Shown here: positions 7,825 through 16,631 of the stretch, piece after piece
Position numbering within the stretch: the first letter of the stretch is position 1
Layout: each line of letters starts with the position of its first letter
DNA from: an uncultured archaeon
GTDB taxonomy: Archaea; Asgardarchaeota; Thorarchaeia; Thorarchaeales; Thorarchaeaceae
Assembly (NCBI GenBank): GCA_964648855.1
Contig: CAZYLT010000012.1
Coordinates: 1 to 32,000, forward strand
Length of the DNA stretch: 32,000 bases
Direction: 5' to 3'
Translations under genes and position numbers: made by a program
The notes under the pieces: model-generated
What the model saw: the letters and a program-made list of their open reading frames with translations, nothing else
Told to the model about the DNA's origin: nothing
Databases searched by the model: none

Positions 7825-9858
7825 CTATCGATAGATGATTTCTGTCGTTGCTAAAATCGCTTTGGAAGAACGTCCAATCTCGAGAACAAACCCACCTGGT
7901 TCTATTTTCCAATCATGTGTATCTGTGTCGTAAAATGCAAGGTCTTCAGCGCTTATCTGAAGAGAGATTTGCTTGGCTTCATTTGGTCGAAGGAAGACCT
8001 TCTCAAAACCGACCAATTCTCTTTCTGGTCGCTCAACTGAGGACTCCAAATCTCGGGAGTAAATTTGGATGACCTCGGAACCAGAAATCTCCCCGGTATT
8101 TCTTAACTGCATGTCAAGTGTTACGGTGTCATCTGGTGAAGTCAGGATGTTCTGTCTGGCTATTACGGATTCAAAATCAAATGTAGTGTAGGAAAGCCCG
8201 AAGCCGAATGGGAAATCTGGCTCAATGCCCTTCTTGTCAAACCAACGATAGCCAACGAAAATACCCTCATCATAGTATACTTTCTTCTCTTCATCACCAG
8301 GATAATTCCGTGATTCTCCTGAATAGTGAGCTGGAGAATCGGAGAGCTTCTTTGGAAATGTAATGGGCAGACGGCCAGACGGGCTGATATCCCCAAAGAG
8401 GATATTAGCGATGGCATTCCCCCCTTCCATTCCTGAATACCATGCATTGAGAACCACTGGCACCTCATCCAACCATGGGTTCATAGCAATGGGACTCCCA
8501 GCAACTAGAACGACAATCGTATTTTCATTTTGAGCGGCGGTTTCTAGGATTAGCCTCACTTGTTTCTCGGGTAAGTGTAACGACTGTCTATCGTAGGTTT
8601 CTGAGTCCATCCCTTTGCTGTGGTCAAGGCCCATGAAGAGAACAGCAACATCAGCTTGAGTGGGATCCTGGACTACTCTGACGATATCGCCGCATTTGTT
8701 CCTCATTCCTTCAAGTGGAGTTATCTCATATGGTGGTACTACTGCTGATGATCCACCATAAAGAAACCTGCCAAACTTCTTTCTCAGATTCGGCCCTAGC
8801 AAGGCAATGCGCTCTAGATTCTCAATGTCCAAAGGAAGAAGACTTCGATCGTTCTTCAGTAGAACCATTCCCTCTTCCGCGGCATATCGCGCGAGCTCTT
8901 GATGCGCGGATGTGTTTCGAGCTCCTGAGGGGACATGCTCATTCCTGTCAAGTGCTCGAGCTCGAATCATGGTCCGCAGATTCCTTCTGACCAAGTCATC
9001 TAATGTATCCTCGGTGAATTTGCCCTGTTCAAAAGCCTTCTCAAGAGAGCTTACCTTGTACCTTGCTGGAAAGGGCATCTCTAGCGTAAGGCCTGCATGC
9101 ACGCAGGACTCTGTTGTTTCAATTCTGCCAGTGGCTAACCAGTCAGTCATGGTCATCCCATCGAAACCCCATTTTTCGACCAAGACATCTTTAATCAAGT
9201 ATTCATTCTCAGCACCATAGACTCCATTGACCATGTTATAGCATGTCATAAAAGACCAGACATCTGCGTCTCTTGCCAATGCGCGGAATGCTCGAAGATA
9301 GATCTCATGCAATGTTCGTTCATCTATCTCCGCGCTCATTGTCTTTCTGTCGATTTCCTGATTGTTCGCCGCAAAGTGTTTTGCACATGCAGCAATATCC
9401 TGACTCTGTACACCTTTGACAAATGGCACAGCCAATTCCTTTGTAAGAAATGGGTCTTCGCTGAAGTATTCGAACGTTCTCCCGCAGAGAGGAGTTCTAT
9501 GGATGTTGATTCCAGGTGCTAGGAGAGCATGACGCCCACAGGCTCGTACTTCCTTTCCCATCGCGATTCCAACACTACGGGCAAGGGCTCTATTCCATGA
9601 AGCCGCTAGAGAAACTGTAGCTGGAAATCTTGTGTTCTTCTTGAACCAGCTCGAGTGTCGCGCAACCCCCAACGGGCCATCAGTAACCTTGAATGGTGGA
9701 ATTTTTAGCCGCTTCATTCCCTTTGTTACATACATTCGATGGCGACCCTGACTGCTAAGAAGGGAAAATTTCTCATTAAGAGTCAAACGAGAGAGCAGGT
9801 CCTGTGTTCGCTCTTCAACACTTAACGCTTCATCAAGATATGGGAGAAGTTCGTTCAA
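7825..9858 (-). CDS. Glycoside hydrolase family 3 beta-glucosidase with C-terminal Fn3-like domain
   Basis: TDGPLGV, LAPGINIHRTPLCGRTFEYFSEDP, KHFAAN, MTDW (nucleophile Asp), VLLKN, GSSAV, SPSGRLPITFP, YDEGIFVGYRW, PFGFGLSYT. No signal peptide. Start uncertain; TTG 9858 has GGAG upstream. Confidence 0.95.
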   Translation of the reverse strand: MNELLPYLDEALSVEERTQDLLSRLTLNEKFSLLSSQGRHRMYVTKGMKRLKIPPFKVTDGPLGVARHSSWFKKNTRFPATVSLAASWNRALARSVGIAMGKEVRACGRHALLAPGINIHRTPLCGRTFEYFSEDPFLTKELAVPFVKGVQSQDIAACAKHFAANNQEIDRKTMSAEIDERTLHEIYLRAFRALARDADVWSFMTCYNMVNGVYGAENEYLIKDVLVEKWGFDGMTMTDWLATGRIETTESCVHAGLTLEMPFPARYKVSSLEKAFEQGKFTEDTLDDLVRRNLRTMIRARALDRNEHVPSGARNTSAHQELARYAAEEGMVLLKNDRSLLPLDIENLERIALLGPNLRKKFGRFLYGGSSAVVPPYEITPLEGMRNKCGDIVRVVQDPTQADVAVLFMGLDHSKGMDSETYDRQSLHLPEKQVRLILETAAQNENTIVVLVAGSPIAMNPWLDEVPVVLNAWYSGMEGGNAIANILFGDISPSGRLPITFPKKLSDSPAHYSGESRNYPGDEEKKVYYDEGIFVGYRWFDKKGIEPDFPFGFGLSYTTFDFESVIARQNILTSPDDTVTLDMQLRNTGEISGSEVIQIYSRDLESSVERPERELVGFEKVFLRPNEAKQISLQISAEDLAFYDTDTHDWKIEPGGFVLEIGRSSKAILATTEIIYR

Positions 9859-10302
9859 GCCAAGAATCTCCAACAGAAAATGGAATAGCAAGACCTGCTT
9901 TAAGCACGTCGTTCGTTAAGTCATGGAGATGATAAGAAGGTGGCGGGACGTGGGAAATCGTGGTAGGAGGGGGGAGTTTCGTAATTGAGGGCATGTAACG
10001 AAAAACTAGCCCACGTACCCGCCAATGTTCAATTGCATCATAGTAGTAGCCCTTTTCCCTCATTGACTACCACTCGACAATCTATTAATTGTGGCACTTC
10101 TTATTAAGGTTTTCTTTGAGGTCGTAGGCACTTTAAAAAACTTAAGTGTAGTTTAAGATACTGGAAAACTGGTTGATTTTCGGAAAACATCCTACAAAAC
10201 TAAGCAAAGAACGGCCCTAGATTTAGTTTTTTATGAGTGAAATCTCGGAAACATTTGTGAGATTAAACTGACAGAAGATGAGTAGGGGATGTATTAAACA
10301 AT

Positions 10303-10332
10303 AAAAAGGCGTCTGGTAATTTCCCAGACCGC
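10303..10332 (-). terminator. Hairpin plus U-tract terminator of tes
   Basis: Minus strand reads GCGGTCTGG-GAAATTA-CCAGACGC-CTTTTT immediately downstream of the stop at 10347. Confidence 0.6.
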
Positions 10333-10346
10333 TTCTATTGTCTAAA

Positions 10347-11999
10347 CTAATCACCCTGATACGGTTTGGAAATGCTGTCTTCCTCAACATTGTCAGGTCT
10401 ATGTCGTCCACGCCATTCTTCTATTGGCATGCTAAATTTCTTCTCTACCCGTGAGCGATGGATGGTGTTCATCGTGCAGAAGGGAATAATTCTGCCATCA
10501 GGAACAGAGTAATTGATATCACAATGCTGTACTCGTTCCAAGTCAAAGTTGTAAGGATCTTGGAAATGCATCATGCCAATCATGATGACACGTTCCATGA
10601 ACGTGGAGAGGGAACCATAATCGCCCCGGCTCAGGAACGCTGACAACAGATCCTTCATGATACCCTTACGCTTGATGTGTCGGATTCCTGCGGCTAATTT
10701 AGCTTTCGCCCGTTTGCTAGCCGCCATTTTATCATCAGCATACAGGTTGGCAATGCCCTCAAGAAGCTGGATGAACTTATCTACATCGATTAGATTGGTG
10801 ATTGGTTCATAGGAACCGTCATCATTGATGTAGAGAAATGTAGACATCCCGCATGCAAAGTGTGCACTAAGCTCTAGCTGAGGAGTACCCTTCATCAGTC
10901 CAAGAGCTCTGCCCACAGGCATCATGGCTGGTACGGGGTACCATTCTGTAGCGGGAATCTTGCCACCAGTTTGTTCCTCTATGAGATGTATGCAGTCGGG
11001 AATTGTGATTCTCATGTCCGTTCTAGCATCATAATCAATACGACCAGTAATGCTCACAGGCTGGAAATTGACACAGCGGATGACATCATTATTTTCTATA
11101 GCATACTCTATGATGTCGCCCAGTTGGTCGTGATTGACACCACGTACAACAGTTGGCACAAGTACGAGTGAATCAAGTCCAACTTCGCGACAATTCTGTA
11201 TGGCCTGCTTCTTCAATGGAAGAAGATTGGTTCCACGGGCTTCAATGTACGGCTCAGGAGTGACACCATCGAATTGCATGTAGATAGTTGATAGACCAGC
11301 GTCGAGTAGTTCCTGTGTATACTTCTTGCTTTTCCCAATACGGATTGCATTGCTGGCTATTTGTACGTGTTTGAATCCTAATTCCTTTGCCCAACGGATG
11401 TACTGGGGCAAGTGTTTGGATACAGTGGGTTCTCCACCAGCGAATTGAAGTGCTGGAGCAGGAACAGGAAGATTGCTGCGAAGATTCCGCATCATTTCAA
11501 GAACCTCTTCCGGTTCTGGTTCATAGACAGTTCCAGATTCAGCTGCATGTGCAAAACAGATTGGGCACCGGAGATTGCACCTGTTTGTGACATCCAGTAA
11601 TGCAAGAGCTGTATGCGATTTGTGTTCGGGGCACTGTCCACAATCATTTGGACATCCGTCTACTGTTTCTGTTCGGGGATTGTCCAATCCAACCGTCTTG
11701 TACCACCACTGTTGGGCCTTCATGAACATATCAGCGTCTCCCCAGTAAATGTCAACAAATTCACCATGCGTGTCACATTTCTTCTTGTACATCACTTTGC
11801 CATCTTCCTCATATAGGGTGGCATCGATTACATTGACTTCATCATCGACCAAGAGACATTCCGGACATATTGACTTGGTATTGTAAGGAAGTTCTCTTAC
11901 ATCGTGCTTCTCAACATGATAGCGGGAAATATCACCACTATCCTCATGATGAGTTTCCTTGCTAGGTACTGGTTCAACATTTTCTATTTCCATTATCAT
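10347..11999 (-). CDS. tes: Tetraether lipid synthase (Tes / GDGT-MAS), radical SAM enzyme
   Basis: N-terminal rubredoxin-like SICPEC...C..HG, auxiliary cluster GCPNDCGQCPEH, radical SAM CNLRCPICFA, GGEPT, NFQPVS, H..CG, and C-terminal MHFQDPYNFDLERVQHC...PDGRIIPFCTMN. This is the MJ0619-type architecture. Confidence 0.88.
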   Translation of the reverse strand: MIMEIENVEPVPSKETHHEDSGDISRYHVEKHDVRELPYNTKSICPECLLVDDEVNVIDATLYEEDGKVMYKKKCDTHGEFVDIYWGDADMFMKAQQWWYKTVGLDNPRTETVDGCPNDCGQCPEHKSHTALALLDVTNRCNLRCPICFAHAAESGTVYEPEPEEVLEMMRNLRSNLPVPAPALQFAGGEPTVSKHLPQYIRWAKELGFKHVQIASNAIRIGKSKKYTQELLDAGLSTIYMQFDGVTPEPYIEARGTNLLPLKKQAIQNCREVGLDSLVLVPTVVRGVNHDQLGDIIEYAIENNDVIRCVNFQPVSITGRIDYDARTDMRITIPDCIHLIEEQTGGKIPATEWYPVPAMMPVGRALGLMKGTPQLELSAHFACGMSTFLYINDDGSYEPITNLIDVDKFIQLLEGIANLYADDKMAASKRAKAKLAAGIRHIKRKGIMKDLLSAFLSRGDYGSLSTFMERVIMIGMMHFQDPYNFDLERVQHCDINYSVPDGRIIPFCTMNTIHRSRVEKKFSMPIEEWRGRHRPDNVEEDSISKPYQGD

Positions 12000-12108
12000 T
12001 TATCTCCCATGAAAATGTAACCACCACTGAACAGGGTGGTATTGATACATGTCGCCTTGTCTGATGCAATATAATCTTTATCCGAGCATTCAGAGTATGA
12101 ATAGGGAA

Positions 12109-12429
12109 TCAATCATCATTAAGGCTGCTCAAAGATAGAACATAGCCTTCCTCAAATGCACCACGAGCCAGACGTTTGGCATGCTTTTGAATCTCCAAGA
12201 AAGCTGGGTCCACATTGCGAATGTGCAGAAGAGCATCAATGACCTCTAATATATCAACAATTTCTGCAGTATCGCCCGACTCAAGAAGCTCTTTTGACTC
12301 TTCCACAATTTTTGCTCTCAATAGATAATCCAGTTCGTCACCGCTGGCGCGTCTATACTTGGGTTTCTGTCCATTGTTTTCAATTAGTTCAGGTATGCGA
12401 TCCCTCACTAGCTTCTCATCCGAGTCCAT
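12109..12429 (-). CDS. MazG-like / PRA-PH-like nucleoside triphosphate pyrophosphohydrolase
   Basis: KLVRDRIPELI, K..EE..E, E..DILEVI, KR..RGAF..G. Start is ATG 12429 or TTG 12447. Confidence 0.85.
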   Translation of the reverse strand: MDSDEKLVRDRIPELIENNGQKPKYRRASGDELDYLLRAKIVEESKELLESGDTAEIVDILEVIDALLHIRNVDPAFLEIQKHAKRLARGAFEEGYVLSLSSLNDD

Positions 12430-12443
12430 GCAGGTTACCCCGT

Positions 12444-13118
12444 TCAATCAGTCAATTTCATTACAACTTCAATGTGTTCCTTCGCCTTTTCTTTGAATTC
12501 ACTAAGAGCTTGCTCGACATCATCTGGGATATCCTCTGTCCAAGGTGCCTCCGCATCTCTCTCAACGCCATACTTCATATTTTCAAAAGGTAGAAACTTC
12601 GCATTCCCTGATTTTTCTAAGGAGATGGTGCCAATCCATTGTCCACCTTTTACTATCTCATATGACGGAAGAAACTTCTCTAGTGATTTAGGTACGATGG
12701 CATTCCAGAAGATCGACATGCCATTAAATTCGTCTCGACCGCCTAGACCAATGGTATATGTCTCGAAAATTGCCTTTGCGAATTTAATGTTGTAGATGAT
12801 TCCTATTTGGCAGTTCAAGCACTGATTGAACTCGAGCCCGTCACCATCCTCATCAACATATGCAATCCCATTTTTCTCGACATTATTATCATTACAGTGA
12901 ACGCAAAGGTTCATCCCCCACCTGACTTCAAGATAGTCTTCAAAGGGACCTTTAAGGAACCGGTCTTTAGCGCCTTCAAAGGCCGAACGGACAGCCTCTA
13001 CTTCTTCTCCATCCATTTTCTTGTGGACTGCTCGCCAGACCTCAAGCAAATCCTGCCATAAGATATTGTAGATAATATCAGCAAGCTTGTCCAAGGATTG
13101 TTCTTCAAGATGCGACAA
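12444..13118 (-). CDS. Hypothetical protein with putative zinc ribbon
   Basis: 224-aa ORF with CVHC...CLNC pairs. GGTGA SD lies upstream of the TTG start. Confidence 0.65.
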   Translation of the reverse strand: MSHLEEQSLDKLADIIYNILWQDLLEVWRAVHKKMDGEEVEAVRSAFEGAKDRFLKGPFEDYLEVRWGMNLCVHCNDNNVEKNGIAYVDEDGDGLEFNQCLNCQIGIIYNIKFAKAIFETYTIGLGGRDEFNGMSIFWNAIVPKSLEKFLPSYEIVKGGQWIGTISLEKSGNAKFLPFENMKYGVERDAEAPWTEDIPDDVEQALSEFKEKAKEHIEVVMKLTD

Positions 13119-13269
13119 CTGTAATCACCCTATGTTGTTCAATGGATATAGTTTTGAGGTGACCGACAATTAAGTGTTGGTTGCACTTATCCAAATTGAC
13201 CCAAAATGCCTGAATAGCCAAGTATGCCTAGCCTAAGATTTTTAACTAGAACGCTTGCCATATCAGCTA

Positions 13270-13424
13270 GTCCACAAGGAGAGTAAAGGATGGATTGCCA
13301 AATTAGCCTGTAACGCGGGCCTTTCAACTAGATGCTGGTATATGCTTCTCTCAAACTTGAGGACGAGCAGACTACTTCTGCCATATTTGAAGTTCAGTGC
13401 TAACAAAACAGAGAGGAGAGTAGA
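13270..13424 (+). promoter_or_regulatory. Putative structured 5' leader of ileS
   Basis: TATA-like TTTTTAA at about 13239-13245. Long-range stem GTCC-A-CAAG-GAGAG / CTCTC-AAA-CTTG-A-GGAC enclosing several hairpins. Confidence 0.5.
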
Positions 13425-16400
13425 ATGAGTCCACTCCCGAAGAGATACAATCCGCAGCTTGTTGAAGATGAGATACTAGATTTCTGGACAGAAAATAACA
13501 TCAAAGATAAGACTGTTGAGATGAGAAAAGACGGGCCGAGATGGAATTTCTTGGAAGGGCCACCCACAACAAATGGTTTCATGCATGTGGGCCATGCACG
13601 TGGTAGAGCTATGAAGGATGCCCAGCTCCGATACATGACAATGAAGGGATATAATGTATGGAGAAGAGGGGGATGGGATATGCAAGGGCTTCCTGTAGAG
13701 CTCGAAGTGGAAAAGAACGAGGGGTTGGCTGAAAAGGGAGAGATTGAGTCAGAGATAGGCCTTGAAAGCTTCGTGGAGAAATGTAAGGAACTAGTAGACT
13801 TCTATCTGGAAAGATGGGTGGATGATTCAGTCCGACTAGGCCTATGGCTAGATTATGAAACTGCATACCAGACAAGAAGAGATGATTACATTGAACATGT
13901 CTGGCATTTTCTGAAGCTAGCCAGCGAAAAGGGACTCCTTGGAAGAGGATATAGAGTGAACCCCATATGTCCCAGATGCGAAACAGCACTATCTGGACAT
14001 GAGGTATCACAGGGCTATCAAACAAAAGACGATCCCTCGATATACGTGAAATTCAGGAGGCAAGGTAAAGAAAATGAATACCTAGTGATATGGACTACAA
14101 CGCCCTTCACCCTCCTTTCTAATGAACTCGTGTCGGTACATCCCGACTATACATATGTAAAACTCAAAATAGAAAATGAGTTTTGGTGGATAGTAGAGGA
14201 CCTAGTTGAAACCGTGATGGGAAAGGCTGGAATTGAAGACTATGAATTTGAAGAACGAATAAAGGGCAAAGAGATGCGTGGATGGAAATACGTTCACCCA
14301 TTCAAACCAGAAGTCCCATTTCATCAAGAACATGATGAGGAATACATGCATGCCGTAGTGACTGGAATACATGTGACTGTTGAAGAGGGTACTGGGTTGG
14401 TGCATACCGCGCCAGGATTTGGCCCAGATGACTTTGAAGTGGGCAAGGAATTTGGTGTTCCAGTGTTCAACCCCGTCACTAGCAAGGGGAGATTCACAGA
14501 TGAAGTTCCAATGTTTGAAGGAAAGTTCGTATTTGATACAAATGAAATAGTACCCAAGATGCTCGATGAAAAGGGGCTCTTAGTTCATAAAGAAACCATA
14601 GAACACGAGTATCCACACTGTTGGCGATGTGATTCGCCTCTTATCTACCTAGCAGATGCAACTCAATGGTTCCTCAAAATGGAAGGAGTAAGAGAACAGC
14701 TGGTAGAAAAGAATAGAACTGTTGATTGGACTCCTGAATGGGCTGGCACTGGCCGGTTTGGCGACTGGGTGGCAAATGCAGATGACTGGTGCATCTCCCG
14801 CTCTCGAATATGGGGATCACCACTACCGGTCTGGGTCTGTAAAGAGTGCAGCGAAGAGGTAGTCATAGGAAGTCGGAAAGAACTCAAAGAACGGGCAATA
14901 GAATTTCCAGATGAATTTGAAATGCATAGACCTTGGGTCGATGAGATTGTTCTCCGGTGTACAGAATGCGAAGGCAAAATGTATCGTGAAGAGTTTGTCT
15001 TAGATTGCTGGTTGGACTCGGGAATGGCACATACCGCCAGTCTACATTACCTGAAGGACCCAAGCGTCTTCAAAGAGATATTTCCATTTGACTTCATCAC
15101 AGAAGCGGTTGACCAATCTCGCGGTTGGTTTTACAGTCTGCTGTATACCTCCGTCCTTCTTCATGGAGATGTTGCATTCAAGGCGTGCGTAAGTCAAGAG
15201 CACGTATTAGATGAAGATGGAGGAAAAATGAGCAAGTCAAAGGGCAATGTGGTCTGGGCTAAAGACGCGTTCGAAGATTTGGGTGCAGATCCGTTCAGAA
15301 TGTTCATGCTTACAAGGTCAGCTTCATGGACGCGAACCAATTTCAGCACAAAGCAAATAGAATTGACTAGAAGAAATCTTGACATTCTCTGGAATGTTGT
15401 GCTTTTTGCCGAAACATACATGGAACTGGATGAATTCAAGTATGATGAGAAGCGGATGCTAAGCAATTTGGACAAGGCAGAAATGGAAGATAAGTGGCTT
15501 CTTTCCCGCGTGCAGACTGTTCTCAAAGAGTTCCACAAGCACATGGACAAATATCTCTGGCATCTAGCGGGAAGAGTTCTCCTAGAATTCATCTCAGATG
15601 ACCTCAGCCGAGTATACCTTCCTCTAGTAAAGAAGAGGGTTTGGCTTGATGCGGATAATCCTAAGAAAGTCATGGCATATGATACACTATTCTACGCGTT
15701 GGACACCATAATACGTTGTCTTAACATATTCACTCCCTTCTTGGGTGAATATCTACACCAACACTTTTTGAATCGGTTCAGTACCAGCAATCTCGAATCC
15801 ATTAATATGACAGAAATGCCCGGAGTTTCCGACCCCCTATTTGATTCAGAGATAGAGGCAGCCTTCCACGTCCTTCAAGAATTACGCTCTGCATCAAGTC
15901 ATGCGAGGAACAAGAAGGGCATGAAGCTTCGTCACCCTGTTGCTAAAGTCATGTTAATACCTGCAAGTGATGAGGTTGGACATAGGGCACTCTCATTAAG
16001 GGAATTGCTCCTTGAGGATTTGAACACGCGTCAATTTGAGGTTCTTGACTCAGAAGTTGTATCTGAGTTCATCGACTTGAGTGTGAAACCAAACTATCAG
16101 ACACTTGGTCCAAAATACAAGGACAAAATGAAGGAGCTAGTTAAAGTGCTTCAAGAAGCAGATGCGAACAAGTTACGAACTGACCTACAGAAAGGTGAGG
16201 CAGCCCTCAGAGTTGGTGAAGAGAATCTCAAGGTAGAACTTGAAGACGTGGAATTCGAGGAGTCATTACCCGAATACCTTAGTCGTGCAGAGAGCAGAAT
16301 AGGCGATGTATATGTGGATCTCACACGAACAGAGGATCTTGAAGCAGAAAGCCTCGTTAGAGATGTGACAAGAAGAGTGCAGGTAATGAGAAAAGAGCTC

Positions 16401-16622
16401 GACCTAGATGTGGACAAGAATATCGACTTGGTCGTTCAGTTTTCTGACAAGAATTCTCTTCAGCTTGCACAAATGTATGAGGGATATCTGTCGAATGAGA
16501 CAAGGGCAGAGTCCACAATTCTAGCTGGTCCTCAAGAAGAACCGGAATGGAGCCAGTATGATCATGTCAAAACCTGGGAAATAGATGACCTAGAGATAAA
16601 AGTTGGAATGACACCGCGGTAG
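13425..16622 (+). CDS. ileS: Isoleucine--tRNA ligase (archaeal/eukaryotic type)
   Basis: EGPPTTNG.MHVGH (HIGH), GWDMQGLPVE, IWTTTP and GTGLVHTAP (editing domain), YPHCWRC, WCISRSR.WG, EAVDQSRGWF, KMSKS. 1065 aa. Confidence 0.96.
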   Translation: MSPLPKRYNPQLVEDEILDFWTENNIKDKTVEMRKDGPRWNFLEGPPTTNGFMHVGHARGRAMKDAQLRYMTMKGYNVWRRGGWDMQGLPVELEVEKNEGLAEKGEIESEIGLESFVEKCKELVDFYLERWVDDSVRLGLWLDYETAYQTRRDDYIEHVWHFLKLASEKGLLGRGYRVNPICPRCETALSGHEVSQGYQTKDDPSIYVKFRRQGKENEYLVIWTTTPFTLLSNELVSVHPDYTYVKLKIENEFWWIVEDLVETVMGKAGIEDYEFEERIKGKEMRGWKYVHPFKPEVPFHQEHDEEYMHAVVTGIHVTVEEGTGLVHTAPGFGPDDFEVGKEFGVPVFNPVTSKGRFTDEVPMFEGKFVFDTNEIVPKMLDEKGLLVHKETIEHEYPHCWRCDSPLIYLADATQWFLKMEGVREQLVEKNRTVDWTPEWAGTGRFGDWVANADDWCISRSRIWGSPLPVWVCKECSEEVVIGSRKELKERAIEFPDEFEMHRPWVDEIVLRCTECEGKMYREEFVLDCWLDSGMAHTASLHYLKDPSVFKEIFPFDFITEAVDQSRGWFYSLLYTSVLLHGDVAFKACVSQEHVLDEDGGKMSKSKGNVVWAKDAFEDLGADPFRMFMLTRSASWTRTNFSTKQIELTRRNLDILWNVVLFAETYMELDEFKYDEKRMLSNLDKAEMEDKWLLSRVQTVLKEFHKHMDKYLWHLAGRVLLEFISDDLSRVYLPLVKKRVWLDADNPKKVMAYDTLFYALDTIIRCLNIFTPFLGEYLHQHFLNRFSTSNLESINMTEMPGVSDPLFDSEIEAAFHVLQELRSASSHARNKKGMKLRHPVAKVMLIPASDEVGHRALSLRELLLEDLNTRQFEVLDSEVVSEFIDLSVKPNYQTLGPKYKDKMKELVKVLQEADANKLRTDLQKGEAALRVGEENLKVELEDVEFEESLPEYLSRAESRIGDVYVDLTRTEDLEAESLVRDVTRRVQVMRKELDLDVDKNIDLVVQFSDKNSLQLAQMYEGYLSNETRAESTILAGPQEEPEWSQYDHVKTWEIDDLEIKVGMTPR

Positions 16623-16631
16623 AGATTACTC

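Noticed and set aside
13270-13424. Classical bacterial T-box
   Set aside because: No TGGNACCGCG T-box sequence or AGUA/GA-motif stem I is recognisable. Reported as a novel leader instead.
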